Shown piece by piece: positions 50,180 to 63,202 of a stretch of DNA of 64,000 nucleotides. Each line of letters starts with the position of its first letter. Position 1 is the stretch's first letter. Source of the DNA: Paraspadella gotoi. Taxonomy: Eukaryota; Animalia; Chaetognatha. Both the position numbers and the translations under genes were made by a program. Under the pieces are notes generated by a model that was not told the origin of the DNA, made no database searches, and saw only the letters and a program-made list of their open reading frames with translations. Location: the NCBI GenBank assembly GCA_051294375.1, contig CM119263.1:7208494-7272493 (forward strand), given 5' to 3'.

Positions 50180-53100
50180 TCTCTCTCTCTCTCTCCTCTC
50201 CTCTCTCTTCTCTCTCCTCTATCCTGTCAGTACCTCCTTTCTTCTTTCCCAGATACAACTTCGAGCTGACCTACGGTCGGTCATCAAGATGTTTAAAAAA
50301 GCTTTCTTTCTTGTTAGTTAAGTTCCAAAAGAATATCAATCAAAACAATTCCCAATCATACGATTCTGTTTCTTTCTTCCAATTATCCTAACTTTTTAAT
50401 CTATTTTTCATATTATACTTTTCTTTTCTTAACACGTATAGTCCTCACTTCTTTTACTTCCCAGAGTCCCTTCGTCAACCTTCCCCGTCTTTCCTCCGCG
50501 TCATCTGCTCTCATTATCTCATCTTCTGTCTCTCCTCTCTCTCTCTCTCCTGCTCCTTCTCTCTCCTCTCTCTCTCTGTCTCCGTCTCTCTCTCTCTCCT
50601 CTCTCTCTCTCTTCTCTCTCTCTCTCGCATCTCGCCATCCGGCGATCCTCCCCATTTTTTCCCTCTCCGATTCCTCCGCATCTTTTTTCTACTTCGTAAT
50701 GTCAACTTTTTTTTCTTTTTGTTGGTCCCTTTTTTTTTTTCATTGGGTTCAGTTTCGTTTCGTTGTTTACTCTCGTCTTTCGCGGATGATGAACGAGTAT
50801 GAATGATGACGATCATATGATCAACGATTGATGACTGACGATGGATTAATGATGATCGAGGATGAAAACATGCGGAGACAATTTTTTTTTTCTGTTTCTG
50901 CGGGTTTTTTTTTCTGGTCTTCTGAGTTTCGGTTTCACGGTTTTAATACACACTTCCCTTTTTAGGTTTCAAGATGATATTTAGGTTTAATTTTTACAAA
51001 CATAAGGTAAGACAACTTATTTATAGTTTTCCATAGATTTTTTATTCACTTTGTTGCGCTTATTTTTTACATAGTTAATACTTGTTTTACTTATTTGTAG
51101 GTGTAGAATATGGGAAGGATTTTAAAAATGATGCCTGGCATTTATGTTTATGGTATGTTATTTGATTCGTTTTGTTTTTTTCGCAGACTGATCGTCAACT
51201 GTCTCCATTTTTTTTCCTTCAGAATTTTCTTATATTTTTATCCGCATTTGTTTCCTTTTTCCTTCATTTTTTTTCTTTCGATTTTTCTAGTTTTCTTATT
51301 TTTTTTTTTCAAAAAATTTTTTGTTCTTTTTTTTTCGTTAGTCCCGCGACTCTGGCCAAGTCGAAGTCAAACACGCAACGGACAGGCGGGCCGAAAACAG
51401 AAAATGAACTTTTTAGCTTCTCACGACGACGATGAAGACGACCGCGACGACACGAGGACCAAGACTGGCGACGACGACCGGAACGACGAGACAAGACGAC
51501 GATGACAGACGACACAACGAAACACAGATTTCTTGGCGAAAAACAACGAAATTCGAGAAGAAAAAAAAAAAAAAGGAAAAAAAGAGAGAAAAAAGAGAGA
51601 AGCGAACGCTCGGGACAATACTTCGGGATCACAGAAACCAAAAAAAGGGAAACATTGGACGCCAATGGAGAAAACAAAAGAAACGGGAAAAAAAAATCTA
51701 ATAACGATGAAAAACAAAAAGGCAAATTGGGCGACGGAAAATAGTTCAAAAAAAAAGGCGAATAATAAACGTCGCGAAACTTTTTTTTTCTTCTGAATGG
51801 TACCCTTTTTTAAATTTTTTTTATTCTTCAAGCGGCAGATCCACGAAAGAAACATGAAAATCGGCCATTACAAGAGCCTCGGGGAAAATCTTCGCCTACA
51901 CGATTGCCGAAAAGAACCTGACGAATTAGGAAGTCGTTACCGTTGGCTGTTGTTGTTGTTGTTGTCGTTGTCGTCATTGCAACTGGAAATGTGAACAGGA
52001 AATTCGTTCTCGATTTTATTTTTTTTTTGAAGAATCAAATTGACGGATACGAAACTTAGACTATCAGGTAAACAAATGAAATGAACTAAAATATTAAATC
52101 CAAAAAATCTGCACTTTCGTCGCGAGACGCATCAAAAATACTATTTCGTCGCTTCTTTAAACGGGTGCTTATTTTTTCGGTTTTTGGATTGTTCTTATTT
52201 TTTAATTCTCTCCGCATACCCGTCGGAATATGTACGGTCCGAACTGCGACCAACTCTTCGTGACTTTCCCGCGTCCTTACGCATTCAAAATCCTAAATTC
52301 TTTTTTCTTGACAGAAAAATTGAAGTCATATTTTTACACCACCGAAAAAGAAATTTTCGGCAACCGAATTTAGAAATTTTAATTGTTTCCATAAATCCTT
52401 GGCTTTTACCNNNNNNNNNNNNNNNNNNNNNNNNNGACGAAAAAAAAGAAAAAGTTGGAAAATGAAATTAATATTTCATTTCTCGTTTCGTTTGACTTCG
52501 AGTCGGATCGCGTTTTATACCCAAACGTGTCGGAAATAACAATGGTTTTTTCGGGTGATTGGGAGGAAGGTGAGGAGAGAACGAAGGAAGGAAGGAGGAG
52601 ATGAGGAGGAAGAAGGAGAATGGGAGATAGGAGGAAGAAGATGAAGAGAGGAGGAAGGGAAGAAGGATAAAGGAGGAAGGAGGAAGGAAGGAAAGAGGAG
52701 AGGAGGAAGGGAAGAAGGAGAAAGAGAGGAAGGAGGAAGGAAGGAAGAAGGAGATGAGGATGAACGGGAAAGAAAAGAAAAAAATCATAACGAAAATGAA
52801 AGCAGTTGGTGAATTTTGGTTGGAGGAATAAGAACATTGGTACAGCCCTAAGGTAATCAAAGATAGTAATCAATATTTAGGGGAAAAAAAGGGTTATTAT
52901 TCGTATTTGACGAATCTCTTTATTAATGTGTTCATATCATATGCATCTGTATATGAAAACTTTAAAAATTATTGGGGTTAAGACCGCTGTTTACATTGAA
53001 GAGATTTCTCCTGATTATTCCCAAACGTCAGCGCCATCGGCGGCCATCGCCGTCGAAGAGCGATTCGGACGTTTTTCTCCCCGCGTCCGTCTTCTCGTCA

Positions 53101-53285
53101 TCCATTTTTGCCCCGTTATGGGTCTCGTGATGGCGCTAGTAGTCGTTAAAACGGCGAAACACAAAAGAACATCCGCCGAAAGATTGAGGGGGGGAAAAGG
53201 AGTGTGAAAAAAAAGACGAGAGAAGAGGAAGAAATGTAATGATTAAAGATCAGTTATATTAAATTAATTACTAATGTAATTGGGT

Positions 53286-53346
<61 letters not shown>

Positions 53347-53421
53347 CCTGGAAAGAAATTCAAAAAAAATCTGGGAAGAGAAAACGGAGGAGGAATAGAG
53401 GATGCGAAGAAGAGGAAGAGC

Positions 53422-53462
<41 letters not shown>

Positions 53463-55169
53463 AGAGGAAAAGCCAAGGAATTTATGGAAAACAATAAATT
53501 CTAAATTCGTGCGAAAATTCTTTTCGTGGTGAAAATATGACTTTCAATTTTTCTGTCAAGAAAAAAAATTTAGGATTTTGAATGCGTAAGGACGGGAAAG
53601 TCACGAGAGGGTCGCAGTCGACGTAACATATTCCGACGGGACGGAGAGACATAAAAAAAAGAACAATCCAAAACCGAAAAATAAGAGTAAAGAAGCGACG
53701 AAAAGTATTTTGATCGTTCGCGACGAAAGTGCAAGATTTTTTGGATTTAATATTTTATTCATTCATTTGCCTGACATCTAAGTTTCGATCGTCATTTGAT
53801 TCTTCAAAAAAAATAAATAAATAAACGCGACGATTACCGTCACCATTCAGTGCAATGACGACAACGACAACAACAACAACAACGCCGTACATCTTCCTAA
53901 TTCGTCACGTTCTTTTCGCAAAACGTGTAGGCGAAGATTTCCCCGAGGCTCTTGTAAGCCGATTTTTTTTTTCCGGATCGCGAAAATAATAAAAAATTTA
54001 AAAAAAGGTACATATAAATCCCAGAAGAAAAAAAAAGTTTCGCGACTTTTTATTATTCGCTTTTTTTTTTACTATTTTCTCGTCGCCCAATTTGCCTTTT
54101 TGTTTTTCATCGTTAGTTTTTTTTCCCGTTTCTTTTGTTTTTCCATTGGCGTCCATGTTTCCCTTTTTTTGTTTCTGTGTCCCCGAATATTTGTCCGAGC
54201 GTCGCTTCTCTCTTTTTTCTCTTTTCTTTTTTTTCTTTTTTCTTTTTTTTTTCCTCGAATTTCGTTGTTTTTCGCCAGAAATCTGTTTTCGTTGTCGTCG
54301 TCTTATCGTCGTCTGTCTCGTCGTCGTCGTCGTCGTCGTCGCCATCTTGGTCCTCGTCGTCGTCGCCGTCGTCTTCATCGTCGTCGTCGAGGAAGTAAAA
54401 AGTCATTTTCTGTTTTCGGCGCCGCCTGTCGGTTGCGTGTTTGACTTCGACTTTGGCCAGAGTCGCGGGACTCGAAAAAAAAAGAACAAAATTTGAAAAA
54501 AAAATAAGAAACTAGAAAAATCGAAAGAAAAAAAAATGAAGGAAAAAAGAAAACAAATGCGGATAAAAATATGAAGAAATTCTGAGGAAAAAAAATGGAG
54601 ACATTGACGATCATCTGCGAAAAAACAAAACCGAAAATCAAAAACATAAACATAAACATAAACATAAATCCAGGCATCATTTTTAAAATCTTCAACCCAA
54701 TAATTACACCTACAAAAGTAAGAAACAGTTATTAATATGTAAAAAATAAGCGCAAAAAGTGAAATTAAAAAAATCTATGAAAACTATAAATAATTGTCTT
54801 ACCTTATGTTTGTAAAAATTAAACTAAATATCATCTTGAAAACCTAAAAAGGGAAGTGTGTATTAAAACCTGAAACCGAAAACTCAGAAGACCAGAAAAA
54901 AAAACCCCGAGAAGAAAAAAAAAAAATTGTCTCCGCATGATTTTCATCCTCGAATCATCATAATCATCGTCATCATCATCGTCATCATCATGATCGTCAT
55001 CATCATACTCGTTCATCATCCGAAAGACGAGAGTAAACAACGAAACGAAAACGAACCCAATGAGAAAAAAAAAGGGACACAAAAAAAGAAAAAAAGTTGA
55101 CAGATCGAAGTAGAAAAAGATGCGGAGGAATCGGAGAGGGAAACGGGGAGGATCCCGGATGGCGAGATG

Positions 55170-55243
<74 letters not shown>

Positions 55244-55690
55244 AAGAGAAGAGAGAGATGAGAGAGAGAGAGAGAGACATGAGATGAGACACGCAGCACT
55301 GAAACGCGTTAAGAAAAAGACGGGGAAGTTGACGAGGGACTCGGGAATAAAAGAAGTGAGGGATAAGACGTTAAGAAAAGAAAAGTATAATAATGACGAA
55401 AATAGATTAAAAAGTTAGGAATAAATTGAGAAAGAAACAGAACGTAATGATGAAATTGATTTGATTGATATTCTTTATAGAACTTAACCTAACAAGAAAG
55501 AAAGCTTTTTAAACATCTTGATGACCGACCAGAGTCAGCTTCGAGTTGTACTGGGAAAAGACGAAAGTGAGGGACTGACAGATAAGCCGAGAGAGAAGAA
55601 GAGAAGAGAGAGAGAGAGAGAAAGGGAAAAAAAGAAAAGAGGAAAAAAAAAAGAAAAAAAGAGAGAGAGAGAGAGAGAGAGGAGAGAAGA
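50130..55690. repeat. ~2.2-kb inverted duplication (50130-52410 vs 53467-55690); probable assembly artefact
   Basis: GGTCGGTCATCAAGATGTTTAAAAA (~50275) / TTTTTAAACATCTTGATGACCGACC (~55506); TTCCATAAATCCTTGGCTTTT (~52387) / AAAAGCCAAGGAATTTATGGAA (~53468). The left arm stops exactly at a 25-N gap, and divergence is indel-dominated. Confidence 0.92.
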
Positions 55691-56987
55691 GAGCACAGGC
55701 AGGCAGGCAGGCAGGCGATAAAACCATAACAAAAGGCAAATTTCAAAGTCGTAAAGAAAAGATATTAAGACTGAAATTGCATTGAAGTCTGATTTGTTTA
55801 CGATTCGTCGCGATCGTCGCCGATTGCAGACCCGATTGCGGTGCGGATTGCAGCGCCAAATGCAACGCCAATTGCAGATGTTCGAGCCCAACAGACCCAT
55901 TGACCTCATTATTTCCGTCGGGACGACGACCGACCTCATCGTAAACATTGACCGCACGGATGATTCCGATCAACCATCTTGCGTTGATAACAAATGAACC
56001 ATACGGGCGTCTTAATGCCAGTAAGATTTCTCGAAACATTTACACCATTGACTCAACCAAATATAGGTCATGGGCCATTTTGACCCTGGCAATCGGCTAT
56101 CTTTAACCCCAGCGAAACCCTCTGACCCTTTTTTTTTTCATTTACCTCGTCCCTAAGGCCCAAAAGTTCCCGACCTCATAGACCTTAAATCTATTTCTAT
56201 AAATGACTTTACTTCTTTTAAATCACCATTGTTTGCTTTCATTTCGTCTTTATTTCCTTTGTTCCACCTTTCTTTCTTCGCTTCCTCTCTTTATTTCTTC
56301 CCTTCCTTCCATCCGTCTGGCTTCCTTATTTTTCCTCATTCCTTTCTGTCTTTTTTTTAATGTTTTTCCCTTTATTCTCCATAAAAATGCTTAGTCAAGT
56401 GGAGCCAACTCAGATATTTTTAAAGCCGGCAATAAAAAGACGTTGTCCACAAACTCGGGCCCCCGAGGTTCTGACCCAAACCAGGACCGATGCCTCTTTA
56501 CTGCCGCTTCGTCTTTTTTTCGCCCTTCTCACCCCAACAAGAAACGTTTGCCCTGATTTCAAACCGGCGAGAAAATGTGTTTCTTTTCGTTCGAAATAAC
56601 TAATGGACGAAACAAGTGGACAAAACAAATGGATCGCATGAAAAGAAAACTAGAAATGGCTGAATGCCTGGATGAAGAAAGGGGGGCACCGGGGACGTGA
56701 TAAGTGAGAGAGAGAGAGAGATGAGATGAGAGAGAGAGAGAGAGCAAGATGACAGAGAAGAGGAGAGAGAAGAGAGAGACCGAGAGAGTGAGTAAAAGTA
56801 GAGACGAAGATGGAAGATAGAAAGCGGCTCTCTTTGATGGACCTCAAGGTCGGCATTTGATGCAAAAGGAGTAGGCATTTGGAATGAGGAGAAAAGGAGG
56901 TAAAGAGTTAAAGAGGAAAGTTCATTGATGAGAGCAAACAGCAGCAGAGAGAAGACGAGAGAGAGAGAGAGAGGAGAGAGAGAGAAG

Positions 56988-57029
<42 letters not shown>

Positions 57030-57145
57030 GAGAAGAGAGACTCAAGTATGTCCAGAGGTTCGAACGGTGGAATTGGCATCAGCGTCACTTTTTAGGATTC
57101 GAGTCCCTGATTCTTGGAAAGGAAAGGAATTAGGTGAGGGATATC

Positions 57146-57181
<36 letters not shown>

Positions 57182-58480
57182 TAACGACCACATCAACGAC
57201 GGTAAAAGCTTCTCCCTCTCCTCCTCCGCTCCCGCCAGAGGCGCCACTTCCGTCTTAACGTCAACCACGGTCGTCCCCCTCAGCAGCCTGATATTTTTTT
57301 TTCTAGGCTGTCCCATTTCCCGCGTCCTTTGTAGAGTTTTTTTTTTTTATTGCGAGACGTAAAGTACATCTGGAGCGCGCGGATGCCGGACAGGTGCCGA
57401 GGGACGACGACGACGATGACGAAGATGAAGACGATGATCGTTTGCGAGGCAACGACGAAAACGAGAAAATTGACAATCGATGGAACGACGGCGATGACGA
57501 CGACGATGACGACGACGATGATAACGAAATATCGAAAAAAAATGGTAAACCGTAAAAATGATCCAAACGATAAAATAACTTGAGTGCACGTAATTGTAGT
57601 TAAACTAGTATCAAATTAGCTATAATTCGAGAAGTTAGCTACGCAAATATCTTAGACTCTGATCGCTAATGACCGGTTTCTATTTAATTGTTTTTGTTGA
57701 CTTCGTCTTAGTATTTGCTGCATTTTATTTCTGTGAAATCTATTTGTATTCCTGCCTCGATTTTCGATTCATTTTATGAAATCTTCCTATCAAAAAACAA
57801 CTCGAATTCCTTTCCAAAATACTCTCTTATTTTAGTCATCGCAAGAAAATATTTCCATGAGATTTGGTAAATCTACCGCATCGATGAAGGAAGACAATCA
57901 CAAAGATAAACTTAAAACTATATTCTTTATGTATATATATATATATTATATATGTAGTTTACAATTCAAATCACCGTTTACAAGCAAAACGTCATTGACT
58001 AAAAGAAGGTCAAAGACGAAGAAAGAAAAAAAAACAACCCCGAATAACCATTGTTTAACAAAACTCTACAAAAGCGATAACAACAGCAATAATGATCGTT
58101 TAAGCGAAAACGATTCTGACGACGACGATGACGACGACCATAACGACGCCGACGACGACGATACTAGTCTATTAGTCTTGCTCAATGCTTTTTTATCGTT
58201 TTAACTGTCAAATTGTTTCTTTTATTTCAGAAAAAAAATGTTTTTCTTTTTATTTCCCCTCTGACTCTGTATAATTTTCCCGTGATTTTTGGCCAACGAC
58301 GATCATAACTGGCAATTGCAACTGCGACTCGGCGATACCAAAATGAAATTTCCTTTTCGCGGGTCAAATGTTTCCAGCCACAATAACGGGAAAAACAAAC
58401 AAGATACAAAAACAAACAAACTAAAGACGATCCGAAATCTGGACCCAACGAAAACATCAGCCGCGAAAATCGGGAAAACG

Positions 58481-58513
<33 letters not shown>

Positions 58514-59222
58514 CAAGACGTCCAAACTGCATAAAAACGTTCATCGGAAAAACGAAGGCGAGAAAGCAATGAACGCAGGGCGAGGGGGGGAAGGTTAAAG
58601 GGGGAAGGGGGGAGAGGCTGCATGGGTGCGTTAGAAAAGAAGGAGAATGAGAAGTGAAAAAGAGTGAGAATCGCGAAAGAAATGATGGAGGTGAATGATA
58701 AGGATAGATTTGGGTTATGATATCTATCTTGATGGATAGTGAAAGAGGGGAAAAAGCAAGGAGGAGAAAGGGGAGAGACTCGGAAGGTTTTATGACTTTT
58801 TTAACAGCAGAAATTCGCATTCTTTCTATTGATAAAATATTATTTTATTACTGTACATAATGTGTACATAATGCGCTGTTTTTGACGATTTGGTGAGTAT
58901 TATTACTACATAAAGTGATTTGAAGTAAAACATTAAAAACTTTGCTCGTGTTTTTTCTAAAGACTTTGTGGATCGGCCGATTGTCGCTTGTCGGAATGTA
59001 GCGTCGTTTGCTTGCTTCCAAGCTTTAGCTTGGTTCGAGGTCGCGTCTTTAGCTAAATAATCGATCATTCCTGTTTAGTTGAGATGACTGGCGGGGGTTA
59101 TTGTTGTTTATTGTTGTTTACCGTCGTGGATTTTGACGACATCTTCGTGATCATTAAGTTGTTGTCGTCTATTCGGATTTCGTTTTAAATCGTAGACTAT
59201 AAACTCGTCGTCGTGATTGTCT

Positions 59223-59265
<43 letters not shown>

Positions 59266-59414
59266 TTTGAATCCAGCGTCGCGAGTCGAGGCGTCGAGGA
59301 GTCGCGATGATCCTTTAATAACTCGACCGAGACGATTCGACGAAGTGTTGGGTGGGTGAGCGAGTGGGCGAGTCTTTGGGGTCGGTTGGCTGGGTGGCGT
59401 GAATAGTGAGAGGA

Positions 59415-59476
59415 ATGGAAATGAAATGAAAATGAAATGAAAATGAAATGAAAATGAAATGAAAATGAAATGAAAA
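59415..59476. repeat. (GAAAT/GAAAAT)n repeat
   Basis: Directly visible. Confidence 0.95.
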
Positions 59477-59577
59477 CGATAGGAAAGAGACGACACCAAT
59501 CTGGCGATCCTACGTGACTGGACGAGGCCGGTGGAAACTCAAGTTTGACATCACAGCTGAAAAAAAAAAAAGGAAGA

Positions 59578-59862
59578 CGAAGAGGGAGCGAAAGGGGAGG
59601 AGAAAAGAGGGAGCGTAAAGGGGAGGAGAAAGAGGAGCGAAAGGGTGAGAGAAAGAGGGAGCGAAAGGGCGAGGAGAGAGAGGAAGCGAAAGGGGAGGAG
59701 AAAGAGGAGCGCAAGTGAAGGAGAAAAGAGGTGAAGCGCAAAAGGGCAGGAGAGAGAGGGAAGCGTTAGGGGAGGAGAAAGAGGTGAGCGCAAGGGGAGT
59801 GGAGAAAGAGGGAGCGCAAGGTGGAGTGAGAAAGAGGGAGCGAAAGGGGAGGAGAAAGAGGG
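59578..59862 (+). repeat. Degenerate ~23-bp purine-rich minisatellite (GAGGGAGCGAAAGGGGAGGAGAAA-like, about 12 units)
   Basis: Recurrent GAGCG(A/C)AA core at roughly regular spacing. Confidence 0.85.
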
Positions 59863-60174
59863 TAAGGTTCAAGAAATTTCTGCATCATTACGATGGGTTT
59901 TTTATTTTTTCTTCGAGATTCGTTGATTCGGCAAAGAAATGGTAAAGCGTGGAACCATGAGGGAAGGGAGGAATGAGAAGTAATGGAAGAGAAGGGAGGA
60001 AGAATGAGGAATGATATAAAATAAGGGAGAGAAGGAAGGGAGAAATAAGAATTGAGAGAAGGGAACGAATAAAAAATGGGAAGAGAGAAACGAGGAATTA
60101 GAAGCGAGTCAGAACGACAGTGAAAATATATGAAAGATAAAAATTAAAATGAATGACAAGAAAGAAGGTAGAAT

Positions 60175-60632
60175 CTCATCTTATCTTAACCTACCTATTC
60201 TAACCTATTCTATACTATCCTATCTTAACCTATCCTATCCTATTTCCAATCCTATCCTATCCTATTTCACATCCTATCCTATTCTAACCTATCCTATTTC
60301 CAATCCTATCCTATTTTATCCTAATTTCCATCCTATCCTATTTTAACCTATCTTATCCTATCTTATTTCCAACCCTCTCCTATCCTATCCTATTTTCCAT
60401 TCTATCCTATCTTAACCTATCTTATCCTATCCTATTTCCTATCCTATCCTATTTCCCATCATATCCTATTCTATCCTATCCTAACCTATCCTCCCCATCC
60501 TACTTCCATCCTATCTTATACTGACCTATTTCCCATCCTATCCTATCCTATTTCACATCCTATCCTATCCTGTCCTTTCTATTCCTAACCTATTCTATCC
60601 TTTCCTAACCTATCCTATCCTATTTCCCATCC
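60175..60632. repeat. Degenerate (CCTAT)n pentanucleotide repeat
   Basis: Directly visible. Confidence 0.95.
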
Positions 60633-61027
60633 CACTCAATCTCTTTCCTCCCATCGACTGATTTTTCTCTCTGTTGGAATTCAGATGAAAAACAAGTTTT
60701 GCTGCCGAATTTTTTTGGTCTTTTTTTTTTTTTGCATCATTTTGTGTCGTTGCCTGACAACAGATCCTCTTCCCTAAAAAGCGGCCTTGCTTCGCCGCTC
60801 CATACAATCGCTCCAGACTATTGCTACCCCAGATTTTCTCGCTACATTATTTGATTTCGATTATTTCCCTATGTTTTGTTTTTTGTTATTCTCTTTTTTT
60901 TTTGCAATAGTGGGTATTGACGCGTGCGTTCGAAGGTATTGTTACTAATGTAATAAACAAAGCAATCTGTCATTTGCTGCGGTAACAAGATATTTTGCAA
61001 CGTGGGTGTGGTAATTTCGAATGAAGA

Positions 61028-61080
<53 letters not shown>

Positions 61081-62220
61081 GAGAGACATACCCGTCAATA
61101 ATTCGCTAGATTAGCTGAATCCTTACTTTGGTTATATCCATTATCAAAAGATAAATCACCCGACCCGTCGAAGGAGATGGAGAAAAGAAACAGGAAGATT
61201 TTCTTAGCCTCGGGGGGGAGGGGGAAGAAGAAAACGAAGCCCGCTGTACCGGTTGAGAAAATTTTTAAGTTTAAATCTACAGCGAAATGCGGATATATGA
61301 CGAACAGCTCCTAAATGTCATTGTGTGCGGGATCAAAAATATTGAAATGAATGGTGATTGAAGATTTGAATTCCATTGTTTAATTGTTATCGATAAGAAT
61401 TTGATAATTATAATTGATAATAATAATAATAGTATTAAAATAATAATTTCATAATATTTAAAACATTCAAACCTTTTACATTTATTGAACCCATCTAACG
61501 TCGTTTATAAAAAAATAAGTTCCGAACTTACTTAAAAAAAGTAAGTCGGCAACCGCTGCGCAAGGAGACGAATCTCGATAATGGAACCCGGGCGACAATA
61601 ATGGAATCGAGTTCGGGAAGATGGAAAGATTGTCAGATTCTGGATGGAATCATTTAATCACATCAAATTACATCAAATTACATCAAATTACTATTCGTCG
61701 CAAAAAAAATTTCGTCGAGAAAGTCGCCGACTCTGATTGAGAGAATTTCTGAGGGAGGATTTGAGAGGAGGAGGAGGAAGAGAGGAAGACGGGAGGAGTG
61801 CAAGAGGGGCGAGCGAAGAAGGAGCAGATGGGGGGGAGGAGAGAGGGAGGAGGAGGAGGAGGATGAGCGCGGGAGAGATGGAGGTGAGTGAGGAGGAGAG
61901 GAGGGCAGGACGGAGAGGGAGGAGGAGGAGTATGAGGGGGAGGAAGATGAGGTGAGGAGGAGTGAGGTATGGGGGGGAGGGAAGAGGGCGAGGACGATAA
62001 GGGTGAGGAGCATGAGGGAGGGGGAGAGATGAGAGGGCAAAGGGAGAGTAGAAGTCAGAAGAAAGTGAGTTTAGTGAAACGAAGAAGGGTAAGTGGACTA
62101 TTTTGGTTTGGGGTTCGGCGAGGAACTTTAAAAAAAAGGAGTTGAATAGACCCGAGTCATCATCCCACCGGGAAGTTCGAAATTAAATTTGAGGCTGGGA
62201 ACAAAATAGAGGGGGGAAAC

Positions 62221-62415
62221 AGAAGAAAAGAGAAGAGAAGTGAAGAGGAGAGAAGAGGAGAGAATAGGAGAGGAGAGAAGAAGAGAGAAGAGAAGAGAAG
62301 AAAAGAGAAGAGAAGAAAAGAGAAGAGAAGAGAAGAGAAGAGAAGAGAAGAGAAGAGAAGAGAAGAGAAGAGAAGAGAAGAGAAGAGAAGAGAATAGAAG
62401 AGAAGAGAAGAGAAA
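62221..62415. repeat. (AGAGA/GAAGA)n pentanucleotide repeat
   Basis: Directly visible. Confidence 0.96.
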
Positions 62416-62429
62416 GAAAGGAAAAGGAG

Positions 62430-63167
62430 AGAGGAAAAAAGAAGAGAGAACCCAAATTGAAGGTTAGTTACATTGGAACTATATTGATTGTACTTAGGTT
62501 ATATGATTTACTTATAAGTTAAGTTTAAGGTTTATTTAGTATTAATTAACATTGTCTATTTCTTATAGTTTTAATCTACATTGCCTTCTTCTTCACATCA
62601 CATTGGTTTTCATGATTATTGTCTACTTCCCATGAATATTTGTATCTGAGATTGGAAATAGTGTTATCTCAAAATGTGGTAACTATTTCTGCTTTATTAC
62701 ATGGTTCTAACTTCTAAGAATATAAGGTTATAGTTAAGGTGTTTTACATGTTAGAAATGTTAGGTTTCCAAAGATAGATAAGAAGATTAAAAAAAGAAGA
62801 GAAGAGAAGAGAAAAAAGAAAAAAAAGAGAAGATAGGAAAAAAATTACGACGCACCAAAAAGAGACAAACGGTGACAAAGATAAAAGACATTCTTTTTTT
62901 TTTTTTAATCCCGCGCATCGCCTCATCGCTTCTCCGACTCACAGCCTCATTCTCTTTTTCGGATTCCCCGCCCCGAAGCGCGCCACGGCTCCGAGCGCCC
63001 CTCCCCTCGAGTCGCCCGCACACCCGTGGCGTCCAGGATCACGCAGCCTCGATGGCACATTTCCGCCCGCGAGCATCGCCGTTGGTCCTTTCCTTCTGTT
63101 TACTCCCTTTCGGGTTACAAATAGGGAAAAATTTGGCTTCTCTCTCTCTCTCTCTCTCCTCTTCTCG

Positions 63168-63202
<35 letters not shown>

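Noticed and set aside
59578-59862. CRISPR-like repeat-spacer array
   Set aside because: Head-to-tail degenerate minisatellite with no unique spacers and no cas genes, in a eukaryotic context.
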